A stretch of 64,000 nt of DNA from an uncultured Spirochaetota bacterium. GTDB taxonomy: Bacteria > Spirochaetota > Brevinematia > Brevinematales > JAOACQ01. The first letter of the stretch is position 1. Every line of letters starts with the position of its first letter. A program made the position numbers and the translations under genes. Positions 31,920-41,467 of this stretch are shown here, in pieces. The stretch lies in NCBI GenBank assembly GCA_963783575.1, contig CAWAOD010000011.1, forward strand, positions 480,001-544,000, read 5' to 3'. Below the pieces are notes generated by a model. It did no database searches, was not told where the DNA came from, and saw only the letters and a list, made by a program, of their open reading frames with translations.

Positions 31920-32753
31920 TCACCCCACCCTGGTTGAAACGATACTATTGATTTTTGGCACCGGCAATTTATCAACCCGGTTCTTAAAATAACGTTTTTC
32001 AATTTCTTCCGGGGTCAGGAAGAAAGTATCGGTATAGTTCAGTTCAATAAGCAATTTTGCTATTTCTTCATCTGAAAATTTTGACTTCCATTTTTCACCC
32101 AGATCCTCCGCCCTGTCTTCAAAAATCGATTTGTCTTTTATCTTATTGGAATATGTAAAAACAATTTCACTGCCTTTTAGAAACAAATGAATTGTATCAA
32201 ACACCGCCCTTATCGAATCAAGCGATAAGTACATAGTCACTCCAAGCCAGGATACGAATGTTGGAACATTAAAATCAATCCAGGTTTTCTTCAGACCGTC
32301 TTCCAGTGATTCCTTCTCGAAGTCAATGGATACAAAGGATAAATTTCCTGGTAAAATAATCCTGTTCTTCGATAGAATTTGTTTTTTGGCGGTCTGGGTT
32401 TCATGAGAGTCAACTTCAAATATCCTTAATTTTTCCGCCCAGTCCGGCTGCCTGTAGGCAAATGAATCCAATCCGGCACCGAGTATTATATACTGCCTGA
32501 TCCCTCGGATAACCGCCTCCCGCAGGCAATCTTCCGTGAACCTTGACCTGAGAAGAACATGTGAGCGAAGATAAAGCCGTTGAATTTGCTGATAATACTC
32601 TTTCGAGGAAATTATTTTTTCCACCCCGTTTTTTCCGATTATTTCAGCTGCAATATAATCGTTCAAGATCCATGGCTCGGAATCAATCAGCAAATGTGCG
32701 GCACGAGTATAAGCTACACCAAACGCAGTTCTGCTAATGGCTTTATCCGGCAT
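31920..32753 (-). CDS. Class I SAM-dependent methyltransferase (LCM/Rv3399-like)
   Basis: SRTA, ILGAGLDSFAYR, FEVD, WLGVTMYL. Confidence 0.9.
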   Translation of the reverse strand: MPDKAISRTAFGVAYTRAAHLLIDSEPWILNDYIAAEIIGKNGVEKIISSKEYYQQIQRLYLRSHVLLRSRFTEDCLREAVIRGIRQYIILGAGLDSFAYRQPDWAEKLRIFEVDSHETQTAKKQILSKNRIILPGNLSFVSIDFEKESLEDGLKKTWIDFNVPTFVSWLGVTMYLSLDSIRAVFDTIHLFLKGSEIVFTYSNKIKDKSIFEDRAEDLGEKWKSKFSDEEIAKLLIELNYTDTFFLTPEEIEKRYFKNRVDKLPVPKINSIVSTRVG

Positions 32754-32894
32754 TTTTACTCTCCGTATATCTTTTATTTCTCCCTGTCAAGTTCATTGGC
32801 TCTGTTGAATGTCCATTTGTTTTATCTTTGCTGCTTTAGTTATTACATTAATGGCTTAACCTGCGAACGGGCTTGTCTCCATATTATTCAACCC

Positions 32895-32941
32895 ATATAA
32901 AGAATTATAATGAAGTGAATATAAAACCTCAATAAAACATT
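32895..32941 (-). promoter_or_regulatory. Sigma70-type promoter, copy 1
   Basis: TTGAGG-17 nt-TATAAT; 41/47 identical to 34190-34236. Confidence 0.65.
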
Positions 32942-32965
32942 TAATAAAATAGTAATCAAAGTAAA

Positions 32966-32992
32966 CGACGCTTGCTTTAATTGCAAGCGTCG
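32966..32992. terminator. Hairpin (probable terminator) downstream of the GH43 gene
   Basis: 10-bp perfect stem CGACGCTTGC/GCAAGCGTCG with A/T-rich flanks. Confidence 0.65.
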
Positions 32993-33025
32993 CTTTTATT
33001 GTCATTACTGAAGTATTTTATTGGT

Positions 33026-34045
33026 TTAGTTTGTAAGCCCCGTTGATGTCCTGACGATCAAAGGAATTGTTCCATCGGCATTGAACTTTAAATATTCGCC
33101 CATCACCTGTCTCTTCATCCCGCCCGTAGGCAGCTTGTCATGATAATAGAATGAGTAGTGATTGTTCCATTGTATGATTGAGGCTTGAATAGTCCATTCA
33201 TCGGCGCTTTTTTCCATTATATGGCCTTTATAGGTATATGGACCCGTTACGCTGGTTGCCATAGCATACCATTCGGCTTCTCCTCCGTTATCATAAATCG
33301 CACCGATTAAATAATACTTTCCGTTAAATTTAAATATCGAACCGCCTTCCGTATACGAATTAGGCATACCGGAAACATTTGCGGCTGCCGGTGTTCCGTT
33401 CGCCTGTATCATATTGGTATTCATTTTAACAATCCAGGTCCTTCCGCCAGAATATCCAACGGTGCAGTATACCATATACGGAGTGCCATCGTCGTCGATA
33501 AATACTCCAGGATCGCTTGCATAACCTGTTATGCCTTGAAAATAAGTTGAAAGCGGCGTAAATGGTCCGTCTGGATTGGCCGAGGTTGATATCCCAATTC
33601 TCGAAGTGCCGCCCGTATCATTATCAGGTACATATAGCCAGTATTTTCCATTTTTGTATATACAATCAGGCGCCCATAAATGATTTCCGCTTTTCTTTAC
33701 CCATGAGTAATCATTTTCATGCAATATTACTTTTCCGGTCCAATGAACCTCATCCGTAGATGTATAAACATATGTATTGCTCATCGGATAAGTCCCTGGA
33801 GCATTCAAGTCGCTCGACACATACAGGTAAATCTTCCCGTTAAAAATACGAGCCTGAGGGTCTGAGGTGTTAACGCCGGGAATCATCACTTTTCCATATG
33901 TAGTAGCTGCTGAAGCGACACTCAAATTTAAATCGTCGGGTGATCCTGCTTTACCATCCAGACTCTGATTGGTCAAACTGCACCCAAAAATGAGAGTAAT
34001 AAACAAAGCAAGAATTCCAAACGAAATTAACCGCATCTTTTTCAT
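33026..34045 (-). CDS. Glycoside hydrolase family 43 lipoprotein
   Basis: Lipobox IFG-C; SDP, LWAPD, DPGVFIDDDG and TEG motifs. Confidence 0.88.
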   Translation of the reverse strand: MKKMRLISFGILALFITLIFGCSLTNQSLDGKAGSPDDLNLSVASAATTYGKVMIPGVNTSDPQARIFNGKIYLYVSSDLNAPGTYPMSNTYVYTSTDEVHWTGKVILHENDYSWVKKSGNHLWAPDCIYKNGKYWLYVPDNDTGGTSRIGISTSANPDGPFTPLSTYFQGITGYASDPGVFIDDDGTPYMVYCTVGYSGGRTWIVKMNTNMIQANGTPAAANVSGMPNSYTEGGSIFKFNGKYYLIGAIYDNGGEAEWYAMATSVTGPYTYKGHIMEKSADEWTIQASIIQWNNHYSFYYHDKLPTGGMKRQVMGEYLKFNADGTIPLIVRTSTGLTN

Positions 34046-34189
34046 AACTTTCCTCCTCTAGGAAATATTAATATTTATATTTTATAATGAAAAGATTATT
34101 AATTATTTAAATTCATTCATCGACTTTATAAAAGTTTTTTCCTAATTTTTAACTTTCTTTAAACTTGATCGCTTCCACATCGACGATTG

Positions 34190-34236
34190 ATATAAAGAAT
34201 TATAATAAACTGAATGTAAAACAGCAATAAAATATT
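34190..34236 (-). promoter_or_regulatory. Sigma70-type promoter, copy 2 (upstream of GH43)
   Basis: TTGCTG-17 nt-TATAAT; near-duplicate of 32895-32941. Confidence 0.65.
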
Positions 34237-34429
34237 CAAATAAATTTTTTATCATGGAGAAATTTAATGAGGTTTTGAAATATGGCTAAAATAAAAAATC
34301 TCTATGTCTCTTTGCCTTTGTGGTGTATTATAATTCCCCAACAAAAATTTCTTTGTTTTGAGACAATATATATGGTTTCAATTGATATGCAAAATAATTT
34401 AATTGAAAAAGTCAGAGCAAGACAATTAT

Positions 34430-34513
34430 GAATCAACAGGGTCAATCAACCTGCCTGGCCTGCCTACACCTGGATCTCCGGCAGGTAGACGGAAGACAGG
34501 TCACGCTTGTTAA
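34430..34513 (-). repeat. Modular palindromic repeat copy
   Basis: Reverse complement reads TTAACAAGCGTGACCTGTCTTCCGTCTACCTGCCGGAGATCCAGGTGTAGGCAGGCCAGGCAGG; its TAA is the stop of 34510-36726. Confidence 0.9.
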
Positions 34514-36726
34514 TTCTTCCCCGGCCGGAACACCCTTCCCGTCAGTTTCCAGGATTTATCCAGCCAGCTGTTTCCGTTAACTTCATATTCTGTCATCGGG
34601 TTCAGAAAATTAGGGCCGGGCGGGTTTTCATAATCAAAGGCCCGGTAATATCTTGTTCTTTTTTCATTTTCATTAACCTGAAAAATCGGGCGTCCCGGAA
34701 ATCGGTCTGTAATTCCAAGTTCGGTAGCAATTGTTTCGGGAATATCCCCTAAAGAAACCGGGGCGTCTGAAGTTTTCAAATCGCCTTTTGCGTTAAATCG
34801 TTTTGCAAGAATCAAAGGAATTCCCCGGGTTTTGTAAAACTCAAAAGTCGGAGTATTGTAGCCCGTATTTACGGATTTGTTATCCGGGTTATTATACATC
34901 TCCGGTACTCTCCCGCTACCATGATCTCCGGCTATAATTATTAAAGTATTATCGTAAACACCAAGACTTTTCAACTGTTCAAGGAACATCTTTGCGAGTT
35001 TCATCATAGCTTTGAACTGTCCTGAATAATGCACTCTTGAGTATGTAATATCTGCGAGCAATCCGAAATTCTCATCAAACCTCAAAGGGACATGCATTCC
35101 TTCAATATGATAAAACTTAAAAATCCCTTTGTTGCTGATAACCTGGGATTGGAGAACCATGTCGTTAATAAATCTGATACTGGGATTAAAAGTCACAAGG
35201 TCCTGAGAAAACGTAAAAGAATACGGCCATTTTCTTTTATTGAAAGGGCTTTTCGTATAAAGCATTTTAGACTCCCAGTATAACAGCCAGTTAGCGTCGT
35301 TGTAAATATACTTTTTCAGGAAATGAGGGACATATCTGTACAAGCCGGTATCATAAAGATAAGCCATTTCCTTTATAAGCTCGCTTAAACTGTCCCTTTT
35401 TTTCAGGTTCGACACAATCTTCTCATCGAAATAAACCGAATCGGGGGTTATTGGAAACTGGTCAACCTCGAAATTATTTTCTTTCAAAGTCTTAACGATC
35501 GAATGGCTTAGAAAAGCATTTTCAATATACTTTTGCAGCGGTATCGAATTATCGTAATAATCGCCTGTTAAAATGGAAGTTACCGAGGGAGAGGTAAAAG
35601 GGAATGTACTTAATGAATTTCTGAAATAGGTGAACCCGTCGAAAATTTTACTATATTCGGGATTGTTTTTAATAAATTCCTGAAAAATATCCGCCTGCGA
35701 TTCATCGATAATAAATATTATCACATTCGTATTTCCGGAGAAATTAAACTCTACATTTTCATCTACGGTAAACCTGCGGAAGCCCGATTCTTTGCTATCT
35801 TTATTCATTGGTTCCTTTATAACGGATAAAAGCGTAAATATCACCTGCAATAATATAAAAAAGACACTAATATTAGGTACATATTTTTTAATAAGTTCCG
35901 GCTTGATTATAAAGATTGAGATAATTAAAATAATCCATACACTGCTGTCGATTATTCCGAATAATAAATAATTTCCCCATTGAATCTTGCTGTTGTCAAT
36001 AATCCCGTAATTCCAGACCATCACGTTACCCTGAAGCCAGAAACCAAGCGATAATGCGAATATAACACCCATTGCCCTCAAATATAAACCGGACTTTACC
36101 GGAAATAACAAGAGAATTCTGGTAATTATAAGTGTCATGACAACAAATAATGGAATTAAATATAGTATGAGTTTATGAAGCACAAAATAAAATTCATTCG
36201 GATTAGCAAGGAATATCTGAAGAGGGCCGAAAAATCCGGCGGTTGATGAAAAGAAAACGGAAACCAGCAGCGCAGATTTGTATTTAAGTGAAAATTCCCT
36301 GGCTGTATATCCGGCTAAAAATAATTTTTCAGCAAGAATATAAACTATTAGAGGAACAATTAATAAAAGCGCCTGATTGAATATGAATGAACCGTTTGAA
36401 TAAATCTTCAGCGGGTAAAACCATAATAACCATATAGGAGCATGCAGCAAAGTAAGCTTTCCGGCCGATTCTTTATTGAGAGCACTCATAAGTAACCATA
36501 AATACAAAGTTCCAACCAATAATCCCAATATACCGCCGGCAAAACCCCTGAATAATACGCCGTCAAAGAAACTTATTTTCTGCCCGGAAAATCCCGAAAA
36601 CAATTTAATTAGCCTGTTATTCTGAGCCCAATTGATTTGTGAAACCGAAAAGATAGTTACTATCGCCCCGATTATCACAAGCAAAAAAAATATTTCCTTT
36701 ATTTTACCCGAATAACTTTTTACCAT
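34510..36726 (-). CDS. Membrane-anchored alkaline phosphatase/sulfatase-superfamily transferase (LtaS/EptA-like)
   Basis: Multi-TM N-terminus; IIFIIDE, FPFTSPS (Thr), HIEGMHVP and AGDHG metal-site motifs. Confidence 0.8.
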   Translation of the reverse strand: MVKSYSGKIKEIFFLLVIIGAIVTIFSVSQINWAQNNRLIKLFSGFSGQKISFFDGVLFRGFAGGILGLLVGTLYLWLLMSALNKESAGKLTLLHAPIWLLWFYPLKIYSNGSFIFNQALLLIVPLIVYILAEKLFLAGYTAREFSLKYKSALLVSVFFSSTAGFFGPLQIFLANPNEFYFVLHKLILYLIPLFVVMTLIITRILLLFPVKSGLYLRAMGVIFALSLGFWLQGNVMVWNYGIIDNSKIQWGNYLLFGIIDSSVWIILIISIFIIKPELIKKYVPNISVFFILLQVIFTLLSVIKEPMNKDSKESGFRRFTVDENVEFNFSGNTNVIIFIIDESQADIFQEFIKNNPEYSKIFDGFTYFRNSLSTFPFTSPSVTSILTGDYYDNSIPLQKYIENAFLSHSIVKTLKENNFEVDQFPITPDSVYFDEKIVSNLKKRDSLSELIKEMAYLYDTGLYRYVPHFLKKYIYNDANWLLYWESKMLYTKSPFNKRKWPYSFTFSQDLVTFNPSIRFINDMVLQSQVISNKGIFKFYHIEGMHVPLRFDENFGLLADITYSRVHYSGQFKAMMKLAKMFLEQLKSLGVYDNTLIIIAGDHGSGRVPEMYNNPDNKSVNTGYNTPTFEFYKTRGIPLILAKRFNAKGDLKTSDAPVSLGDIPETIATELGITDRFPGRPIFQVNENEKRTRYYRAFDYENPPGPNFLNPMTEYEVNGNSWLDKSWKLTGRVFRPGKN

Positions 36727-36778
36727 TCTTTTACCTCTGGCTCCCGAATTATTTTATTATTTTGGATGAGAATAATAG

Positions 36779-38653
36779 TCACTGGGAATTGCGCTTTTTT
36801 AAAACCGACAGATAATTTCCTAGTAAACCGACAAACCTCTCCATATCTTCGGCAAACATTTCGCCTATATTTGCTATCCTGAAAGTTTTTGCCTTAGAAA
36901 TTTTGCCCGGATAGATTGTAAAGCCTTTGTTATAAAAATAGTCATGCATTTTTTCAAAGTCATATTCGGGATAATCCGGTTCCAAAATCGCAGTAATCAT
37001 TTTCGATTGATGTTCTAGCGGGACAATATATTTCAAGTTAAGCCTTTTCAACCCATTAATCAAAACTTCCCAGCAGGCCGTGTATCTTTTATACCGGTTT
37101 TCTATGCCTTCAGTTTTCGCTTCAATAATGGCCTGCCTTAGCGCGTAAAAAGTCTGAACAGGCGGAGTAAAGCGCGTCTGGTGTGTTTTTTCAAAGTATT
37201 CATACTGCTTATAGAGGTTAAGATAATAATTCCGCATTTTGATCGATTTTGTTTTTTCAATTAAACTTCTATTTGCTATTATAAAACTTAAACCGGCCAT
37301 TCCCTGTATGTTTTTATTGGAACTTGCCGTCATAAAGCTGATATTCATGGCTTTCATATCGACCGGGATTGCCGCGAATGAACTGATACCGTCAACCAGA
37401 AGAATAATCCCGTATTTACCGCAGATTTTACCGATAGCTGTAACATCGTTCAGTAAACCGGTTGTTGTTTCATGATGAACAACAAATAAATGGGATATTT
37501 TTCTTTTTTCTGAAAAGGTTTTCTTTATAAAGGATTCAAGTTCAACAAGGTCAACGGCATTATCCGGCGGGCTTTTAAATTCCTGGTAATTTATTCCATA
37601 AACCTCAGCAATCCGGCACATCCTTTCTCCGTATGCGCCGTTATTAATAATCAGAACAATATCCTCGCCGACAACCGAAGACAGCATAGCTTCCATAGCC
37701 GCTGTTCCCGAGCCGCCGAAAAGCACGGTTGCATAATCCTTCGTGTCGGCTACAATGGATGTAAGCTCCATTGATACAAATTCCATAAGATCGCCGAATT
37801 CCTTTTCCCTCGGGCAGATATCAGGGGCAACCTGGGCATATTTTACGCTATCGGTTGTTGTAGCCGGGCCGGGATTTAGAAGCACATTTCTTTTTACGGA
37901 AAGAAGAGATTCTTTTTCACAAATAAGGGGATGTATTTTAGACCGCGCTCTTTCCAGATGTTCTTCATCATCTATTTCACACCACGAATAATCCTGGATT
38001 TTTTTAACATAGAATGGCTCCGTATTATTTTGAATATTTAGAATTGAAATCTTTGCCAGGGCTGATTCATAATCCATTTTTTTACATATTGCAGGTTCTT
38101 TTTCAACAAAATTACAAATCCCGGTAAAAGCCGGGTATGATATTTTAGAAATTCCCACCAATTCGCCGTAAATGCTCATTAAATTATCTTTTATTTTTGA
38201 AACCTGGATAAGATGGAATTCTTCATCGGTTTCAATGAAAACTTCGTCATTTGAATTTGTATAACCGCTTGCAAGTATAACGTCTTTATGAAAATCGTTC
38301 AGAAGAACTTTCAAGCCTGTTTTATCATAAAGAAGATCGGATTCAAGAAGCAGAAAATCATCTTTGATTAGTTCCTTCATATTATACAGAGTGTACAAAC
38401 TTCCCGAGACCGCATAATCCGGATTGAACCTACAGGTTATCTGATAGAAATTCCGGGCAAATTCCTCATATTTTTCATAAAGATAACCGGTACCTATAAA
38501 TATATTTTCAATACCGGATTCAATAAGCTTTCTAACAGATTGTTCAATAATAGTCTTTCCACCGATTTCCAGAAAACCCTTAGGCTTCTCTTTTGTTCTG
38601 TCTTTTAACCTGCTGCCAAGTCCGGCTGCCAGAATTACCGCAGTTTTAACCAT
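36779..38653 (-). CDS. aepZ: Fusion of NTP transferase (LicC/PntC-like cytidylyltransferase) and 2-aminoethylphosphonate transaminase
   Basis: N-terminal ILAAGLGSRL...KPK and EIDD; C-terminal class V PLP domain LLNPGP, HHETTTG, SSNKN, RFTPP, GFTIYPGK. Confidence 0.9.
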   Translation of the reverse strand: MVKTAVILAAGLGSRLKDRTKEKPKGFLEIGGKTIIEQSVRKLIESGIENIFIGTGYLYEKYEEFARNFYQITCRFNPDYAVSGSLYTLYNMKELIKDDFLLLESDLLYDKTGLKVLLNDFHKDVILASGYTNSNDEVFIETDEEFHLIQVSKIKDNLMSIYGELVGISKISYPAFTGICNFVEKEPAICKKMDYESALAKISILNIQNNTEPFYVKKIQDYSWCEIDDEEHLERARSKIHPLICEKESLLSVKRNVLLNPGPATTTDSVKYAQVAPDICPREKEFGDLMEFVSMELTSIVADTKDYATVLFGGSGTAAMEAMLSSVVGEDIVLIINNGAYGERMCRIAEVYGINYQEFKSPPDNAVDLVELESFIKKTFSEKRKISHLFVVHHETTTGLLNDVTAIGKICGKYGIILLVDGISSFAAIPVDMKAMNISFMTASSNKNIQGMAGLSFIIANRSLIEKTKSIKMRNYYLNLYKQYEYFEKTHQTRFTPPVQTFYALRQAIIEAKTEGIENRYKRYTACWEVLINGLKRLNLKYIVPLEHQSKMITAILEPDYPEYDFEKMHDYFYNKGFTIYPGKISKAKTFRIANIGEMFAEDMERFVGLLGNYLSVLKKRNSQ

Positions 38654-38674
38654 TGCATTACTCCGATGAGATAA

Positions 38675-39805
38675 TTATTGTTCGATAAACCGCATAAGAC
38701 GTTCTTTTACTTCAAACGGTTTAATCTTCGGTCTTGCCAAATTTTCTTTTGAACCGGTCCTGATCCGGATATATATGAATGTCAGAGAGTGTTTTTTATT
38801 CCATTCTATCATGGCGTTTTTAAGTTCATCCATATTATGGGCGTATACAACATTCGGGTAACCGCATGATGCAGCTATTCCCGGAAAATCGATATTTTGA
38901 GAAACCGTTTTCTGCCCTCCCGTAGATTCATGCGCATTATTGTCAAGAAGTATGTGAAGCATATTTTCATTCCTGTAGTATCCGTTCGTTGCCAGAGAAC
39001 CCATTCTCATTAGAACGGCTCCGTCCCCATCAATAACTATTATGTCTTTTTTACTTTGTACAACAGACAGTCCAAGCCCAATCGAACCTGCGCAGCCAAG
39101 CGAACCTACCATATAAAAGTTGTTCGGAGTGTCTTCGATTTCATAAAGCTCTCTTCCGGTAAAACCTGTTGATGCGATAAAAACAGTATTTTTATCCCTG
39201 AAAGCAACGACTTTCTGAAGGACCTCCATTCTTAACGGTAAAGTATCGGCATATTTCGAATCCGTAATTTTAACGGAAACTTTTTCCGGTGGAGGCTGTT
39301 TTTTTAAGGCCACTTTATCGAAAGTTCCTTTCCTGACAACAAAAAAGAAGCTTTCTTCCTTTTCAATCGACTCATTCGCCCTGTCAAGCTGTTCAAGGGC
39401 TTCTTCTTCTATGTTGGAAATATACTCCCATTTGATTTTCATAATATCAAGCATTGAGGTTGTAATCGAACCCATCAGTTCATGCTGCGGTTCATCCTGC
39501 AATCCCGGCTCTCCCCTGAGACTGACAAAACCCAGTACCGGAATTTTGAATATGTAATTCAGGGATGTTAAAGGCGAAATTGCATTTGTAAGACCGGAAT
39601 TCTGCATCAGAACAACTGATTTCATCCCGCCGATATATGCTCCGGCGCAGGCTGCGACAGCATCGCCTTCATTCGTGGCCATGATATAGCGGCAATCATT
39701 GATTGCGTAATTTATCAGATCCTTCAAAAAAGAGCAAGGAACACCGCTATAAAACTGAAAACCGTATTCTTTCATTTTCATTCCAAAATGACGGGTATTC
39801 AGCAT
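38675..39805 (-). CDS. aepY: Phosphonopyruvate decarboxylase
   Basis: SGVPCS, NEGDA, QNSGL, DEPQH, GDGA (TPP), HESTGGQ; start reassigned to ATG at 39805. Confidence 0.95.
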   Translation of the reverse strand: MLNTRHFGMKMKEYGFQFYSGVPCSFLKDLINYAINDCRYIMATNEGDAVAACAGAYIGGMKSVVLMQNSGLTNAISPLTSLNYIFKIPVLGFVSLRGEPGLQDEPQHELMGSITTSMLDIMKIKWEYISNIEEEALEQLDRANESIEKEESFFFVVRKGTFDKVALKKQPPPEKVSVKITDSKYADTLPLRMEVLQKVVAFRDKNTVFIASTGFTGRELYEIEDTPNNFYMVGSLGCAGSIGLGLSVVQSKKDIIVIDGDGAVLMRMGSLATNGYYRNENMLHILLDNNAHESTGGQKTVSQNIDFPGIAASCGYPNVVYAHNMDELKNAMIEWNKKHSLTFIYIRIRTGSKENLARPKIKPFEVKERLMRFIEQ

Positions 39806-39806
39806 T

Positions 39807-41405
39807 TTAGAAACCCTCCGCTTTTTGTAAATCAACGATGGTATTTATATCAAGCCATGAGCCCTTTATAAATTTAACCTTGATTCTGCAGGATTTAACC
39901 GCCTCATTAAGGAGATCGTTCATTCTTAACTGCTTAAAATCAGACCGGCCAGACAATAGCTCTAAACAGTTTTTTATTGTTTCAATACCATTTTTATTTA
40001 CCTTGAATATGCCTATGAACTCTCCATTAATCTCTTTTTTATCCAGTTTCGATGACATCTTTTCAAAGCATACAGGTTGAAGGAATATTTTTTTTGAATA
40101 AGGAATATCGGTTTTTACATAATCATGGAAATTCTGTTCGTCAAATTCAAAATCTGCATCAGCAATAAGAGTAATATCGCCGTCGTCGTTCAACAGGTCG
40201 TTAAGAATATAGCTTTTGAATATTATATCTCCATAGCTTACAATCGTATTTTCATTAAGTTCTTTTCTTGACAGATACAACGAATATAATTCTTTTGTAC
40301 AGGCATATTCGTCATTATCGACAGTCTTTATGTTATTCAAAAAAACTTTGTCTTTTGCAAAACCCCTGACCACTGTTATATCCTTTACGCCAACCTGGTT
40401 AAACAGATCGACCTGCGTCGAAAGAATGGGTTTCCCATTAATTTTTATAAGAGTTTTGGGGATTTCTTTTGTAATTTCCCCGAATTTGTCACCGCGTGCT
40501 GCCGCCAATATGATTGCGTTGACATTCTTTCCCGCAGCAGGGAGGTATTTTTTTTCGGCATCTTTCAGTTCATCCGCTCCCTGGAGCCTGAAAACCTCGC
40601 TTACGGATGCTATTTTGCTTTCAACATTTATCAGCGATTCGTCATTAAAGATTTGCATTGAGGTATTCTGCATTGATGTTACGGCCGATCTGAGATTATG
40701 ATTTGCCCAGATAATCAGGCTTATTCCCATATTACGGAAAACATCGGTTGGTACAGAATAATATTTTGTGGGAACAATAACCACCGGGTGCCTTCTGCCC
40801 CAAACATCCATAAAGGCTTCAATATCAGACGGATCTGATTTTTTACTATGCACCAGGATCGCGTTGGCGCCGGCTTCCCTATAAGCATCGGCTCTCCTGA
40901 CTGCTTCATCAAGGCCCCAACCTGTTATAAAGGCCTCTGTTCTCGCTACAACAACAAAATCACCATCTGTCTGCGTGTCCTTGGCGGCCTTGATCTTACC
41001 GCAAAATTCATCAATATCGGCAAGCGGCTGAAGCTCCCCGCCGATAAAAGAGTTATTCTTGGGGAAAAGCTTGTCCTCTATGCATACTCCGGCAATCTGA
41101 CGCTGTTCAAGTTTGGAGATAAGACGCCTGACATTGTTAAAATTACCATAACCGGTATCGCCATCCAATAAAATAGGTATTTCAGTGTTATCGCTCATAA
41201 ATTCGAGCACTTCCAGTACCTGTGTCCAGGATGCCTCATTATTATCCCTGACACCCAGAGATGCCGAGATTGTGAGCCCGCTTGCCCAAATACCCTTAAA
41301 ACCGGTTTCCTCGACAATTTTCGCAGAAAGACCGTTATGGGCTTCCATTATAAATTCAAGTTTATTCGAATGAATCAAATTTTTTAATTGCGTAGTTTTT
41401 CTCAT
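39807..41405 (-). CDS. pepM: Phosphoenolpyruvate mutase fused to a C-terminal NTP transferase
   Basis: [13 protein letters not shown] and diagnostic EDKxxxxxNS ([10 protein letters not shown]); C-terminal ILAAARG...PK and YGDI. Confidence 0.96.
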   Translation of the reverse strand: MRKTTQLKNLIHSNKLEFIMEAHNGLSAKIVEETGFKGIWASGLTISASLGVRDNNEASWTQVLEVLEFMSDNTEIPILLDGDTGYGNFNNVRRLISKLEQRQIAGVCIEDKLFPKNNSFIGGELQPLADIDEFCGKIKAAKDTQTDGDFVVVARTEAFITGWGLDEAVRRADAYREAGANAILVHSKKSDPSDIEAFMDVWGRRHPVVIVPTKYYSVPTDVFRNMGISLIIWANHNLRSAVTSMQNTSMQIFNDESLINVESKIASVSEVFRLQGADELKDAEKKYLPAAGKNVNAIILAAARGDKFGEITKEIPKTLIKINGKPILSTQVDLFNQVGVKDITVVRGFAKDKVFLNNIKTVDNDEYACTKELYSLYLSRKELNENTIVSYGDIIFKSYILNDLLNDDGDITLIADADFEFDEQNFHDYVKTDIPYSKKIFLQPVCFEKMSSKLDKKEINGEFIGIFKVNKNGIETIKNCLELLSGRSDFKQLRMNDLLNEAVKSCRIKVKFIKGSWLDINTIVDLQKAEGF

Positions 41406-41467
41406 AATAAGAATTTTCCTTTACGAATATTATTTAACCGGAATTCGGCAGCGCATAATCCATCCTG

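Noticed and set aside
36779..38653. AEP catabolism (phnW/phnX)
   Set aside because: No phosphonatase or transporter; linkage to pepM and ppd and fusion to an NTP transferase indicate biosynthesis
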